Source: Acidobacteriota bacterium (GTDB taxonomy: Bacteria > Acidobacteriota > UBA890 > WLXD01). From it: a stretch of DNA of 64,000 nt. Below, in pieces: positions 48,263 to 59,100 of the stretch; positions within the stretch are counted from its first letter, which is position 1; each line of letters begins with the position of its first letter. The position numbers were made by a program, and so were the translations under genes. The notes beneath the pieces are model-generated. The model was not told the origin of the DNA and did not search any database. It was given only the letters and a program-made list of their open reading frames with translations. Location: NCBI GenBank assembly GCA_963666055.2, contig CAXWPH010000015.1:2080001-2144000 (forward strand). Reading direction: 5' to 3'.

Positions 48263-48901
48263 CTAACGGGCCCGCCGGGGCACGTAGACCTGACGCCCGG
48301 CCTCCATGGCGTCGATCTGCGCCATGAGATCATCGAAGTCGTCGGGGTCCTGGACGAAGTCGATTTCAGTCGTGTTGATGACCAGCAGCGGCGATTCGTC
48401 ATACTGCAAGTAGTAGCGTGCGTAGGCTTGGTTCACCTGCTGCAGATAGTCGTGCGAGATGTTGCGCTCTTCGGGGCGATTGCGCAGCTCAACTCGTCGC
48501 AGAAGTATTTCGGTCGAGCCTTGTAGATAGACGATCAGATCCGGTTTTGGCACCTGCGGTGCGAGCACGCCGTAGAGCTTCTCGTACAGAAGCAGCTCGC
48601 TGTCGGTGAGCGTGAGATAAGCGAAGACCTGGTCCTTTTGCAGAGTGAAATCGGCCACCGTGAACTTCGCGAACAGGTCGCTCTGCCGAGCTTGGGTCAG
48701 CAGCTGGAATCGCGACAGCAGGAAGTAGAGCTGTGCCTGGAACGCCGCCCCGGTCTTCTCCTGGTAGAAGGACTCCAGAAACGGGTTCTCCGGGTCCTCG
48801 AGGATCTTGGTTGCCCCGAGCCGCTCCACCATCAGGTTGACCAGGCTCGTCTTGCCTACGCCGATGGGGCCGTCGAGGGCCAGGTAATTCTTGCGCATCA
48901 A
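48263..48901 (-). CDS. Deoxynucleoside kinase
   Basis: DGPIGVGKTSL, AFQAQLYFL.SR, PDLIVYL. Confidence 0.9.
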   Translation of the reverse strand: MMRKNYLALDGPIGVGKTSLVNLMVERLGATKILEDPENPFLESFYQEKTGAAFQAQLYFLLSRFQLLTQARQSDLFAKFTVADFTLQKDQVFAYLTLTDSELLLYEKLYGVLAPQVPKPDLIVYLQGSTEILLRRVELRNRPEERNISHDYLQQVNQAYARYYLQYDESPLLVINTTEIDFVQDPDDFDDLMAQIDAMEAGRQVYVPRRAR

Positions 48902-49392
48902 GCAGGTGGCGGCGATAGCAACCAGACGCGCTCAGCGGCGTCCAGTCGCAGGAAAAGGTCACCGATGGACGCGCCGTAGGCCGGATGCAGGAGATCCGCC
49001 GCGAGCTCGGCCAGCGGGCGCAGAACGAATCGCCGCGTGTGCATCCTGGGATGTGGGATCTGCAGTCCGGTTTCTTCCACGACGCGAAGATCATAAAGCA
49101 GAACGTCAACGTCGAGTGTTCGCGCCTCGATCGCAGCACTCGATCGCCGCCGCCCGCAGGCCTGCTCGACCTGTAGCGCGGCCTCCAGCAGCGCCCGCGG
49201 TGCCGGTGGATGAAGAACCTCGGCGACACAGTTAACGAACCAGGGAAGCGCCGAGTTCCCGACCGGCTCCGTCAAATAGAACGAAGACACTGAGCCGAGC
49301 TGGAGTCCGGCGTTGCGCAGTCCGTCGAGGCCTTGGCGGAGCCAAGCCGTACGGTTGCCCACATTCGAACCCAGTCCCAGGTAAGCTCTCAT
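48898..49392 (-). CDS. folK: 2-amino-4-hydroxy-6-hydroxymethyldihydropteridine diphosphokinase
   Basis: YLGLGSNVG, RTLDVDVL, IPHP...R.FVL.PL. Confidence 0.93.
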   Translation of the reverse strand: MRAYLGLGSNVGNRTAWLRQGLDGLRNAGLQLGSVSSFYLTEPVGNSALPWFVNCVAEVLHPPAPRALLEAALQVEQACGRRRSSAAIEARTLDVDVLLYDLRVVEETGLQIPHPRMHTRRFVLRPLAELAADLLHPAYGASIGDLFLRLDAAERVWLLSPPPA

Positions 49393-49568
49393 CGTCTCCA
49401 ACAAACGTGCTCGAGGGTGCGCCTGGTTCGCGTGCTCGGTCAGTTGGCCGGCGGAACGCGCACCGCGGCATCGTCTCATGCCGTGCTTGCCTGCTCCGAA
49501 GCCTGCTACCTATACTGCCAGCCGGCATCCTTCCTTCTGCGCACGGTCGCGCGCATCCTGCCGGGTGA

Positions 49569-50873
49569 ATGTCCGATCTCCTCACTCGTATCCAAGATCG
49601 CAGCGCACGTGTCTGCGTCATAGGGCTCGGCTACGTCGGCCTGCCGCTGGCCGTGAACTTTGCCGAGGCCGGCTTCCGGGTAACCGGGCTGGACCTCGAC
49701 AATTCCAAGGTCGAGGCGATCCGACGCGGTGAGTCGTACGTATCCGACATCGCTACAGAGCGCCTGCGCGCTCAGGTCGAGGCTGGACGGGTCGAGGCAA
49801 CCAACGACGCGGGCGTCATCGCCACCGTTGACAGCGTCCACATCTGTGTGCCGACGCCGCTAAGCAAGACCCGCGACCCTGATATCTCGTACGTCGTCGC
49901 AGCGGCCGATCGTGTAGCCGAGGCGATGCACGACGACATGCTCGTGGTGCTCGAGAGCACCACGTACCCGGGTACCACGGAAGAGGTGCTGTTGCCGAGG
50001 CTACAGACCGAGGAACGCCAAGCCGGGCGCGACTACTTCCTCGCCTTCTCCCCCGAGCGCATCGATCCCGGAAACAAGACGTTCACGCTCGAAAACACGC
50101 CCAAGGTCATCGGCGGCATGACGGCTGAATGTACCCGGGTGGCGACGGCGCTCTACGGCAGCATCGTGGGCACGGTGCATCCGGTGTCCTCGCCGCGTGC
50201 CGCTGAGCTTGTGAAGCTGCTCGAGAATACGTTTCGCGCCGTGAACATCGGCTTGGCCAACGAGATGGCGCTGATATGCGACCGGCTTGGCATCGATACG
50301 TGGGAGGTGATCCGCGCTGCCGCCACCAAGCCGTTCGGCTTCATGCCATTTTACCCGGGGCCAGGACTCGGTGGACACTGCATACCGATCGATCCGCATT
50401 ACCTGACCTGCAAGGTACGCACCCTCGACTATCATGCCCGCCTCATCGAGGTGGCCTCCGAGATCAACTCGGGCATGCCGCGCCACGTTGTGCAGAAGGT
50501 TGTCGACGCGCTCAACGACCGCCGCAAGAGCGTCAACGGCTCACGCGTCGTGATGATCGGCGTGGCGTACAAGCGGGACGTTGATGATACGCGCGAATCG
50601 CCCGCCATCGACATCATGCAGTTGCTCGCCGCCAAAGGGGCCGACATCTCGTACCATGATCCGTTCGTGCCGGCGCTCGAAAACGTCGAAGGTCTCGATG
50701 CGCTGCGTTCCATCGGCGGGCTGATCGAAGCCTGTGCCGAGGCGGACTGTGTCGTCGTGGGCACCGACCATAGCGATATCGACTGGGCGGGCGTTGTCGC
50801 TGTGTCGTCGCTTGTGGTGGATACGCGTAACGTCGTCAAGGGGAAAGCGCCGCCGAACCTCGTGCGTTTGTAG
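49569..50873 (+). CDS. Nucleotide-sugar dehydrogenase (UDP-GlcNAc 6-dehydrogenase-like)
   Basis: GLGYVG, ESTTYPG, PERIDPG, GGHCIPIDP. Confidence 0.92.
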   Translation: MSDLLTRIQDRSARVCVIGLGYVGLPLAVNFAEAGFRVTGLDLDNSKVEAIRRGESYVSDIATERLRAQVEAGRVEATNDAGVIATVDSVHICVPTPLSKTRDPDISYVVAAADRVAEAMHDDMLVVLESTTYPGTTEEVLLPRLQTEERQAGRDYFLAFSPERIDPGNKTFTLENTPKVIGGMTAECTRVATALYGSIVGTVHPVSSPRAAELVKLLENTFRAVNIGLANEMALICDRLGIDTWEVIRAAATKPFGFMPFYPGPGLGGHCIPIDPHYLTCKVRTLDYHARLIEVASEINSGMPRHVVQKVVDALNDRRKSVNGSRVVMIGVAYKRDVDDTRESPAIDIMQLLAAKGADISYHDPFVPALENVEGLDALRSIGGLIEACAEADCVVVGTDHSDIDWAGVVAVSSLVVDTRNVVKGKAPPNLVRL

Positions 50874-50877
50874 GCTC

Positions 50878-51339
50878 ATGGCCGAGGACTTGAAGGTCGT
50901 CGCGAACAATCGTCGGGCGCGCAAGAACTACGAGATCCTCGATACGTATGAAGCCGGCGTGGTCCTGCTCGGCTCCGAGGTGAAGTCGCTGCGTCTCGGA
51001 AACGCCAGCCTCAAGGATGCCTACGCCTCGATCAGAGACGGCGAGGTCTGGCTACACAACCTCCACATTGGTCCCTATCCCGCAGCCGGCAAGCACAATC
51101 AGCACGACCCGGAGCGCGTCCGCAAGCTCTTGCTGAAGCGGCGTGAGATCGATCGTGTGTTCGGTCGCCAGATCGAAAAGGGCTTGACCCTCGTACCTCT
51201 ACGCATCTACTTCCGCAACGGCCGCGCCAAGATAGAGATCGCGGTGGCGCGGGGCAAGAAGAACTACGACAAGCGCGACATCCTGAAGCGCGAGGCGGTG
51301 GAGCGGGATGTGGAGCAGGCTCTGCGACGCCGGAGGTAA
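50878..51339 (+). CDS. smpB: SsrA-binding protein
   Basis: EAGVVL.GSEVKSLR, RKLLL, GKK.YDKR. Confidence 0.97.
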   Translation: MAEDLKVVANNRRARKNYEILDTYEAGVVLLGSEVKSLRLGNASLKDAYASIRDGEVWLHNLHIGPYPAAGKHNQHDPERVRKLLLKRREIDRVFGRQIEKGLTLVPLRIYFRNGRAKIEIAVARGKKNYDKRDILKREAVERDVEQALRRRR

Positions 51340-51421
51340 CTGCGCCGCACCCTCGGCTCGCGAATCGCCGTGCGAGAGACGCGAGCAATAACGAGCATCA
51401 ACTACATGCGGTGACGTTGCC

Positions 51422-52426
51422 CTAAGAGGATGAGTGTGTGCTCCGGCCCCCGCCGATCGCCAATTCGGCCGCCAGCTCCATCGCCGCTAGCATCGGTCGA
51501 TGGTCGGCTTTGCCAGACGACGCAAGGTCGTACGCCGTGCCGTGATCCGGCGAGGTGCGGATGTATGGCAGGCCCAGCGTCAGGTTCACCGTGGGCCCGG
51601 GGGCGCGCTTCGCCAGGATGGTTCCTTGGTCATGGTAAAGCGCGAGTATCACGTCGAGCTCGGAGCGGAGAAAGATGGAGTCGGCGGCGTAGGGGCCTCG
51701 AGCTTCGATGCCGTCGGCACGAGTGGCAGCGATGGCCGGATACAGAATGCGGGCTTCCTCGGTGCCCAGCCGGCCCTGCTCGCCGGCGTGCGGATTGAGC
51801 GCTGCGACGCCGATCGTCGGCGGCTTTCCGAAGCACGATGACCAGCGCTCGTGCAATCTACGGAGCATCGCATCAACGGAGTCGGTTCGAATAAGGGAGA
51901 TGGCTGCCGCGGTGGGCAGGTGGGTGGTGAGCAGCGCGATATGCGGACGGGGCCCGGCGAAGAGCATGATCGGTGTGTCCACGCCGGCGCGCTCAGCGAG
52001 ATACTCGGTATGGCCTCGGAAGCGCGGCTCGACGGTAGCGATGAGGTCTTTGTTGACCGGGCCGGTGACCAGGGCATCAACCTCGCCGCTGCGTGCCAGG
52101 CGCTCGCCCTGGTTGATGCTGTCGAGTGCCGCGGGGCCCTGCGTTCGCTGAGGGTGCCCGGGGCGGAAGCCCTCCGCGGCGACGGTGCAGGGGAGCATCC
52201 AAGGACCGCGATCGCCGGTGCTGCGGGCGCGCTGCGCGGCGTCGATCCCGTCGATCACGCGGAAGCTGTCAGGGTCCAGTCCGGCGCACTCGGCGTGCTT
52301 GGCGAATACGGCAGCATCACCAATAAGGAGGCAGTCGGCGGCCTTGAGCTCGGCGGCCGCGCGGAGCAGGATCTGGGGGCCGATCCCGGCAGGATCGCCC
52401 ATGCTGCAGCCCAGCAGGGGCTTCAT
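51422..52426 (-). CDS. pdxA: 4-hydroxythreonine-4-phosphate dehydrogenase
   Basis: MGDPAGIGP, GHTEYLA, NPHAGE, YHDQG, RTSPDHGTA. Confidence 0.93.
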   Translation of the reverse strand: MKPLLGCSMGDPAGIGPQILLRAAAELKAADCLLIGDAAVFAKHAECAGLDPDSFRVIDGIDAAQRARSTGDRGPWMLPCTVAAEGFRPGHPQRTQGPAALDSINQGERLARSGEVDALVTGPVNKDLIATVEPRFRGHTEYLAERAGVDTPIMLFAGPRPHIALLTTHLPTAAAISLIRTDSVDAMLRRLHERWSSCFGKPPTIGVAALNPHAGEQGRLGTEEARILYPAIAATRADGIEARGPYAADSIFLRSELDVILALYHDQGTILAKRAPGPTVNLTLGLPYIRTSPDHGTAYDLASSGKADHRPMLAAMELAAELAIGGGRSTHSSS

Positions 52427-53604
52427 GAGACCGACACGTGACGGTCACCGAGTCGCTCGCCGACTGCGATCAGCGTGTGTTCGAGTGACAGCTTTACGTT
52501 GGGTTGAATACCCGTGGTCAACCGATCGATGCCGTCGTTGAGCGACTCGAGCGCTCGCGCCACCGCGTCGGGGTCCAGGTCTTGCGCCCAGGCGTTCCAG
52601 ACCTCGAATCGATCGGCGTTCACCAGACTCGAGCGGTCGCCTCCAGCAGATACCACGAGGAGGTCGCGGAGGATGTCACGACCAACCACCAACGTGCTGG
52701 CCGCCCGCTGTGTCGCCGTCTCGCCGGTACCGATTGATGACAAGCTCTCGGCTGCGGCAACCACGCCGGCGCCGCCAAGCTGCGCCAATCGCAGCGCCTC
52801 GACCACCGTCTCGAGCAGGTCTCCGTAGCCGTCCAGATCGATGCACAGGGCGCGTCCGATGCTTCCCGGGGCGAGGGCCGCCCGTAACCTCGCCTCGTCG
52901 GGGTCGAGCCCGCGCCTGTCAGCCAAGTAGGCGCGCACCAGGGGCTGTGGCAGAGGCGAGAAGCGCAGCGACGGGCACCGCGACCGAACGGTTGCCAACA
53001 AGCTTCCTGGCGCCGGCGTAACCAGCACGATCGACGAAGAGGCCGGCGGCTCCTCGAGTGTCTTGAGGAACGCATTCTGGGCCTCGGTAGTGAGCGTGTG
53101 GGCTTCATCCACCACTACCAGACGGTGGTACCCTTCGTACGGACGATAGCCCGTTGCAGCCACGGCGCGACGCACCGCCTTGATCCCGATCGTACGAGGC
53201 GCTGGCGCCATCCACAGTACGTCGGGATGCAGACCGCGCTCGACCTTCCGGCACGATACGCACTGTCCGCAGGCATCACCCGGCCCCTGCTCGGGACAAT
53301 TGAGCGCCTGCGCTACGACGCCCGCGCAGGTCGCCTTGCCTACCCCGGGGGGACCGACGAAGAGCAGCGCGTGTGGTAGCCGCGCACCGCTAAGAGCTCG
53401 CCGGAGGGCGCCGACCACAGCCTCCTGACCGACGATGGCATCGAAGCCGTGGCCGTAGGTGCTCGGCGGTGGAGTGGTCAGCGAGAGTGGCGCCTTAACG
53501 GCGGAACGTGCGGTCACGGTACATCCGGCTGATGATGGCGCGCGGGCGGAGGCTCCAGGATTGTATCCGCGGCTCACCTCGCACTCTCGCAGGATGGGAA
53601 CCAC
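52423..53604 (-). CDS. holB: DNA polymerase III delta' subunit (true start probably downstream)
   Basis: HALLFVGPPGVGK, CGQCVSC, HPDV, NAFLKTLEEPP, TVRSRC. Confidence 0.9.
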   Translation of the reverse strand: MVPILRECEVSRGYNPGASARAPSSAGCTVTARSAVKAPLSLTTPPPSTYGHGFDAIVGQEAVVGALRRALSGARLPHALLFVGPPGVGKATCAGVVAQALNCPEQGPGDACGQCVSCRKVERGLHPDVLWMAPAPRTIGIKAVRRAVAATGYRPYEGYHRLVVVDEAHTLTTEAQNAFLKTLEEPPASSSIVLVTPAPGSLLATVRSRCPSLRFSPLPQPLVRAYLADRRGLDPDEARLRAALAPGSIGRALCIDLDGYGDLLETVVEALRLAQLGGAGVVAAAESLSSIGTGETATQRAASTLVVGRDILRDLLVVSAGGDRSSLVNADRFEVWNAWAQDLDPDAVARALESLNDGIDRLTTGIQPNVKLSLEHTLIAVGERLGDRHVSVS

Positions 53605-53618
53605 CGTACAATGCTCGT

Positions 53619-55487
53619 CTACTGATCATCGCCCAGCGGTAGCGCCATCCCTGCGAGAAGCGCTTTGAAGCGGGTCTTGTCGCGTAGCTGACGCAGGTAG
53701 GGATCCTCCAGAATCGCGGCAAGGCGCAACGATCGTCGTTCGGCAGCTAGCTCCAGCAACGTCAGCGCCGCGTCGGTCTCGCCCAACCCGAGGCGGATCG
53801 TCGCTGCGGCGAGGGCAGTGACCGTCTCGTCGCCAGCTCCCCACAACTCATCCATCACCCCCAGAGCGCGCTCCGGCTGAGCCGCTCTTGCGTAGGCGTA
53901 CCCCAGCGCCCCCAGATCGAGATCGTGTCCGGGAGCTGCCGCGGCTCGCCGGCAGGCGCTGAGCGCGTCCTCGTATCGCTCCTGCAGGTTCTGGATAGAA
54001 CAGAGGACCGTGTAAACCTGGCCGCTGTCATCGTCCAGCTCCAGCGCGCGTCCGACGAACTCGAGCGCCGCGTCGTACTCCCCCGACAGTACCAGGCTCC
54101 ACGCATGGCTCAGTAGCAGCGGGATTGTCGCGTTGTCGCTGTCGACCGCGCGTCCGGACAGCTCGAGGGCCTCCCCGATCCGGTCTAACCGGCGGAGGTA
54201 TCGACCGTAACGCTCGAGCACGACTGGCGAGCGAGGGTCGAGCTGTAGCGCGGTAAGGAATTGTCGCTCCGCCTCTGGCCAGTCCTGGTTCAGCTCCGCC
54301 GCAACTGCCGCCAACACTGCGTGCGCTGACGCGATCCGTGGATTTCGGTCGAGCGCCGCGTATGCGGCGGCGCGTGCCTCCGCGTACGCCGTGGCCGGGT
54401 CGGACCAGTTGTTCCAACCCAGCATCGCTTGGACCTCGGCGAGCTCCGCCCAGGCCTCCGCGTACTCGGGGTCGATCGATAGGGCCTGGCGAAACTCCTG
54501 CAGGCTGCGGATGGCGTCCACCGGCGTTGCGCGTGCGGCGAGCCGGCGACCACGGTCCAGGGCTTGGCGTGCCTCGGCAACTTCCACCGTGGGGCGTTCC
54601 GGAGCGCCGGCGCGCAGGGTGAGTGCCAAGGTGATCTCTCGTGTCGCCTGGATGGCGATCTCCTGCTCGATCTCGAGAAGATCGCCGCGCGCCTCCTGGT
54701 AGGTCCCGGCCCATACGATCTCGTCAGTGCTGCCGTGCGCGAGCTCCAGGCTCACCAAGATGCGACCGCTCGATTGTTGCACCGTGCCGTCGATGATCGC
54801 ATCGACACGCAGCGATGACGCGATCGAGCGCAACGGCGCGTCGGCGTCGCGTGCCTGACGCGCCGCCAGGCCCGACACGACGCGCAGCATCCGTACGGTG
54901 GCAAGCTGTGTGATCAGCTGGTTCGTGAGTCCCTCCGCAAAGAATCGTTGCTCGGGGTCATCCGAGAGCGCTCGTAACGGCAACACGGCGAGCGTTTCGA
55001 TGTTTCCCGGCGCTCTCGACGGCGGCCGAGCCGCCCACCAAGCGGCGAACAGCGCCGCTGCGATCGTGCCGGCCAGCAACACTTGCCGCGACCGACTACT
55101 GCGTAGCGGTGGTGCGACCGCCTTGCGGGCAGGTTCGCGCCCGGGCACCGCCCGCACACCCGCCAGGAGCCGGTACCCGCGCTTGGGCAATGTCTCGATG
55201 TATTGCGGCGCCCGCGCGTCGTCGCCGAGAGCCCGGCGCAGCTCCGAGATACAGCGGCTCAGCGCCGCTTCGCCGACGATGCTGTCAGGCCATACGGCGT
55301 CGATCAGCTCGTTCTTGGAGAGCACTTCTCCAGGACGGCCGGCGAGCTGCAGGAGCACCTCCATGACCTTGGGCTCCAGTCGCACGTTCGCCTGGCCGCG
55401 GGTGACGGTGCCGGAAGACGGATCGACCGACCAATCCCCCAACCGAAATGGGTCGGCGGGCGGGCGTGGCTCCTGGCCGTGGGTCAT
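53619..55487 (-). CDS. CadC-like winged-helix / TolB-like / TPR regulator
   Basis: LEPKVM.VL..L...VW..IETLPKRGY; LAVLP; TPR repeats. Confidence 0.88.
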   Translation of the reverse strand: MTHGQEPRPPADPFRLGDWSVDPSSGTVTRGQANVRLEPKVMEVLLQLAGRPGEVLSKNELIDAVWPDSIVGEAALSRCISELRRALGDDARAPQYIETLPKRGYRLLAGVRAVPGREPARKAVAPPLRSSRSRQVLLAGTIAAALFAAWWAARPPSRAPGNIETLAVLPLRALSDDPEQRFFAEGLTNQLITQLATVRMLRVVSGLAARQARDADAPLRSIASSLRVDAIIDGTVQQSSGRILVSLELAHGSTDEIVWAGTYQEARGDLLEIEQEIAIQATREITLALTLRAGAPERPTVEVAEARQALDRGRRLAARATPVDAIRSLQEFRQALSIDPEYAEAWAELAEVQAMLGWNNWSDPATAYAEARAAAYAALDRNPRIASAHAVLAAVAAELNQDWPEAERQFLTALQLDPRSPVVLERYGRYLRRLDRIGEALELSGRAVDSDNATIPLLLSHAWSLVLSGEYDAALEFVGRALELDDDSGQVYTVLCSIQNLQERYEDALSACRRAAAAPGHDLDLGALGYAYARAAQPERALGVMDELWGAGDETVTALAAATIRLGLGETDAALTLLELAAERRSLRLAAILEDPYLRQLRDKTRFKALLAGMALPLGDDQ

Positions 55488-55521
55488 TGCGTTGACCGGT
55501 TCGGCGGGACGGGCACCTCGT

Positions 55522-56055
55522 TCATTCGATGATCGCCAAGACGGCACCGCGCTCCACGCCCGCCCCTTCTTGGACGGTCACGTCGACCACGGTGCCGTCG
55601 CGCGGCGCCTTGAGCTCGTTCTCCATCTTCATAGCTTCGAGAACGATGATGCCATCGCCACGCTTTACGGCGGTGCCGGGCGCAGCGAGCACCTTGATCA
55701 CACGCCCCGGGATCGGCGCCGTTACGGAGACCGTGCCGTCCGGGGCGGCGTCCGTCGGGGCGTTGCGGTGCCGGCGGGCGTCCGAGGCCCGCGCGCGTAC
55801 CACATCGCCTAGCAGGTGCAGCTCCAGCAACTCGGGATCTTCCTCGGCCTCGTCGACATGCACATCATATGAGTGGCCGTCGACGATCAGGGAGTAGTTG
55901 CCCGGCTCGGGCATCCGCCAATCGATGTGAACGACAGAAGCGTTGTCGTCGGAGTCCGCGACGGAAAGCCGCCACATGCGGATGGTGCCGCGGTCCCGCC
56001 GTACGCGGTACCGACGCACCCGGTCTTCACCTTCGATGTCGACCTCGATGATCAT
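55522..56055 (-). CDS. Biotin carboxyl carrier protein
   Basis: EAMKMENE biotinylation motif. Confidence 0.92.
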   Translation of the reverse strand: MIIEVDIEGEDRVRRYRVRRDRGTIRMWRLSVADSDDNASVVHIDWRMPEPGNYSLIVDGHSYDVHVDEAEEDPELLELHLLGDVVRARASDARRHRNAPTDAAPDGTVSVTAPIPGRVIKVLAAPGTAVKRGDGIIVLEAMKMENELKAPRDGTVVDVTVQEGAGVERGAVLAIIE

Positions 56056-57578
56056 CGGGGGAATCCTCGTAAGCCTCGTTCTCGCCCCGCTACCTTCCAA
56101 GCTGACGATCCGCCGTCGCGGATCTGGAAAGCGCCAACCTCCTGGCGTCGAAAGGCGTGCAGCGCAGCGCTGATCGCGGCAATGTCGGTAAGCTCCGCAT
56201 GGCGCTGATGACGCGATCCGAGGGGGCTCGAATCGCCGAGGAGGGCGTCGAGGTAGCCAGTGTCGAAGTTCCCCTCGACGAATGCTGGCTCCTGCATGAT
56301 GTGTTGAAAAAGCGGGATCGTCGTCGAGATGCCGACGACCTTGTACTCCTGCAACGCGCGTCGCATGCGGCTCAGCGCGGCCGGTCGATCCGCGCCCCAG
56401 GCGATCAGCTTGGAGATCATCGGATCGTAGAAGATCGGTACCTCGTAGCCCTCGTATAAGCCAGAGTCGTCGCGCACTCCAGGACCGCTGGGAGCGCGGA
56501 GTCCCTCGATGCGCCCCGGTGAGGGGGCGAAGTTGTTGGACGGATCCTCGGCGTAGATTCGGCACTCTATGGCGTGGCCCCGCACGCGCACGTCGTGCTG
56601 CTCCCAGGGGAGCTGCTCGCCCCGGGCGATGGTGATCTGGGCGACGACGATGTCGATGCCGGTGACCATCTCGGTGACGGCATGCTCGACCTGAAGCCGC
56701 GCGTTGAGCTCGATGAAGTAGAAACTGCCATCGGTATCAAGCAGAAATTCGACCGTACCGGCGTTGGTGTAGTCGACCCTGGCGGCGATCGCCAACGCTG
56801 CCCTCCCCATCCGGTCGCGTAGGTCGTCGTCGAGTGCCGGCGATGGAGCTTCTTCAACGACCTTTTGGTGTCGGCGTTGTAGCGAGCACTCGCGCTCACC
56901 GAGATGGATACGATTACCGTGCTCGTCGCACAGCAGCTGGATCTCGACGTGGCGTGGCTGAAGTATCATTTTCTCGACGTATACTCGCCCGTCGGCGAAC
57001 GCGGAAGTCGCCTCGCTGGTAGCGGCGAGGAAGGCCGATCCCATCTCGTCGGGGCACGCTACCTGGCGCATGCCTTTGCCGCCGCCGCCGGCGACCGCCT
57101 TCAACAACACCGGGTAGCCGAGCTGCTCGGCAACAGCGAGCGCCGCGTCGGTGGTTTCGAGGGGTCCAAGGCTGCCCGGTACCGTCGGTGCGCCGACTTC
57201 GCGGGCGATCTCGCGTGCGCGGTTCTTATCGCCTACCGCCGCCATGACCTCGGGTCGGGGGCCAATGAAAGTCAAGCCGGCATCACCGACGGCGCGCGCG
57301 AAGTCGGGATTTTCAGCTAGGAAACCATAACCCGGGTGCACCGCATCGGCGTGCGCCTCGATGGCGATCGCAATCAACCGATCGATGCGCAGATAAGACT
57401 CGGACGCCGCCGCGGGCCCCAGCCGATAGGCGCGGTTCGCTAGGCGAACATGCAACGCCTCGCGGTCGGCGTCCGAGTAAACCGCTACTGCTTCTATGCC
57501 GAGATCGCGGCAGGCACGGATGATGCGCACTGCGATCTCGCCTCGGTTCGCAACGAGGATACGCCGGATCTCCTTCAT
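56052..57578 (-). CDS. accC: Biotin carboxylase subunit
   Basis: ANRGEIA, HPGYGFLAEN, GGGGKGM, RLQVEH. Confidence 0.92.
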   Translation of the reverse strand: MKEIRRILVANRGEIAVRIIRACRDLGIEAVAVYSDADREALHVRLANRAYRLGPAAASESYLRIDRLIAIAIEAHADAVHPGYGFLAENPDFARAVGDAGLTFIGPRPEVMAAVGDKNRAREIAREVGAPTVPGSLGPLETTDAALAVAEQLGYPVLLKAVAGGGGKGMRQVACPDEMGSAFLAATSEATSAFADGRVYVEKMILQPRHVEIQLLCDEHGNRIHLGERECSLQRRHQKVVEEAPSPALDDDLRDRMGRAALAIAARVDYTNAGTVEFLLDTDGSFYFIELNARLQVEHAVTEMVTGIDIVVAQITIARGEQLPWEQHDVRVRGHAIECRIYAEDPSNNFAPSPGRIEGLRAPSGPGVRDDSGLYEGYEVPIFYDPMISKLIAWGADRPAALSRMRRALQEYKVVGISTTIPLFQHIMQEPAFVEGNFDTGYLDALLGDSSPLGSRHQRHAELTDIAAISAALHAFRRQEVGAFQIRDGGSSAWKVAGRERGLRGFPR

Positions 57579-57711
57579 GCGCGAAAGGTATCGTTCGCGT
57601 CCGTCGTCTGCCAACGTGACCGTCGGCCACGGGGTGTCAGCCTGGCTGGGCCTGGCGGAGCGGCGAGGCCGCATCGCCGTGATGCTCGAGGGACGACAGC
57701 TCGGTCTGAAC

Positions 57712-59100
57712 CTAGCTGCCCCGGGCGGCGGTGGTCACCCAAGCGTCGACCTGGTCGTCGAGCGATTGCAGCAGAATAGCGCCGTAGGCCAGCACCGCAT
57801 CGTGAAATGCCGCAAGATCGAAGCTCGCTCCGAGCGCCTTCTCGGCGCGATCCCGAAGTTCGCGGAACTTCAGCTCGCCCACCTTGTAGGCGACTGCCTG
57901 GCCAGGGTTTTCCTGGTAGCGGCGCACTTCGATGCGAATCTGGTCGTCGGGTAACGCGGTGTGCTTGCGGAACAGCTCCTCGCCTCGACGACGATTCCAA
58001 TCGAAGGCGTGCAGCCCGGTGTCCACCACCAGCCGAATGGCACGCCACATTTCCAGGTTCAGGCGGCCGAACTCGGTCATCGGGTGGCGATAGATACCGA
58101 GGTCCGCTCCGAGGCTCTCGGCGTACAGCCCCCAACCTTCGACGAACGCAGTCATCGCGAAGCGACTGCGCCAGCTAGAGTCCTCGGTGTGAGCGGTGGC
58201 CCACGACGCCTGCAGGTGATGGCCGGGCATGGCCTCGTGCAACAACAACGCTTCGAGCATGAAAAGCGGTACCTGGCGAGGATCTGAGTTCAGCAGAACG
58301 TAGCCGACGGCCCGCCCCCGGATTCCTTCCTTGCCTTGGCGATACTGGGCCATGAACCCGCTCTCTCCTCTGCGCAGCAGCTCGATGCTGTAGGGGATAG
58401 TCGGAGTGCCGTTGAATGCCGAGCCCAGTCGGCGGTCTATGCGAGCGGCGATCGTCCTGGCGATTGACCTGAGCTCTTCGCGCGAGCCGGCGAAGAGGCG
58501 GCTGTCGGTTCTGGCTGCCTCGAGAAACGCGTCGAGATCGGCGTCAGGATTCTGTGCATGAACGAGATCCAGCATTGCCTGGCGGATTCGCTCGATCTCT
58601 CGCAGCCCGAGCTCGTGCAGCTCATCGGGGTCGCGCTCTTGTCCGGTGTGGCGCAGGAGGTGCGCCGCGTAGCCGAGCTGGTCAAACCCGTTGGAGTCGA
58701 GTTCGAGGTACCGTGCCACGGCGAGCTGCGACCGCCACTCCAGCACATCCAGGTCGATCCTGCCTGATGGGCTCAGCTCGTCTCGCTGGACTGCCCGCGT
58801 GCGGCCAAGCAGATCAACATACAGCGCCCCCACGCGGGCGAGGTTCACCTGACATCGTTGTGAGTGCAGGTCGCGACAGCCCAGGTCGGCGCGTCGTTGC
58901 GGAGCTTCGGAGAGCTCCTTGAAGGTGCTGACCAGTGCGGCGAGCTCGAGTTGCGCCGCCTCCGCCTGCGCCCGCGCCGCTGTGGGTGCGGCTGACGCCA
59001 TGTCCTCAGCGCTGAGTCGCGCTTGCGGGGTCAGCACCGTCACGGTCAGGATCGCCGCGACCGATGTCCGAGTAGCAGCGCTCCGTGCCTGCCACTGCAT
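57712..59100 (-). CDS. DUF885 family protein, secreted
   Basis: HEAMPGHHLQ, EGWGLYAE, PGQA.AYK.G. Confidence 0.85.
   Translation of the reverse strand: MQWQARSAATRTSVAAILTVTVLTPQARLSAEDMASAAPTAARAQAEAAQLELAALVSTFKELSEAPQRRADLGCRDLHSQRCQVNLARVGALYVDLLGRTRAVQRDELSPSGRIDLDVLEWRSQLAVARYLELDSNGFDQLGYAAHLLRHTGQERDPDELHELGLREIERIRQAMLDLVHAQNPDADLDAFLEAARTDSRLFAGSREELRSIARTIAARIDRRLGSAFNGTPTIPYSIELLRRGESGFMAQYRQGKEGIRGRAVGYVLLNSDPRQVPLFMLEALLLHEAMPGHHLQASWATAHTEDSSWRSRFAMTAFVEGWGLYAESLGADLGIYRHPMTEFGRLNLEMWRAIRLVVDTGLHAFDWNRRRGEELFRKHTALPDDQIRIEVRRYQENPGQAVAYKVGELKFRELRDRAEKALGASFDLAAFHDAVLAYGAILLQSLDDQVDAWVTTAARGS

Noticed and set aside
51340-51421. tmRNA (ssrA) next to smpB
   Set aside because: Only ~80 bp of intergenic space and no tRNA-like ends
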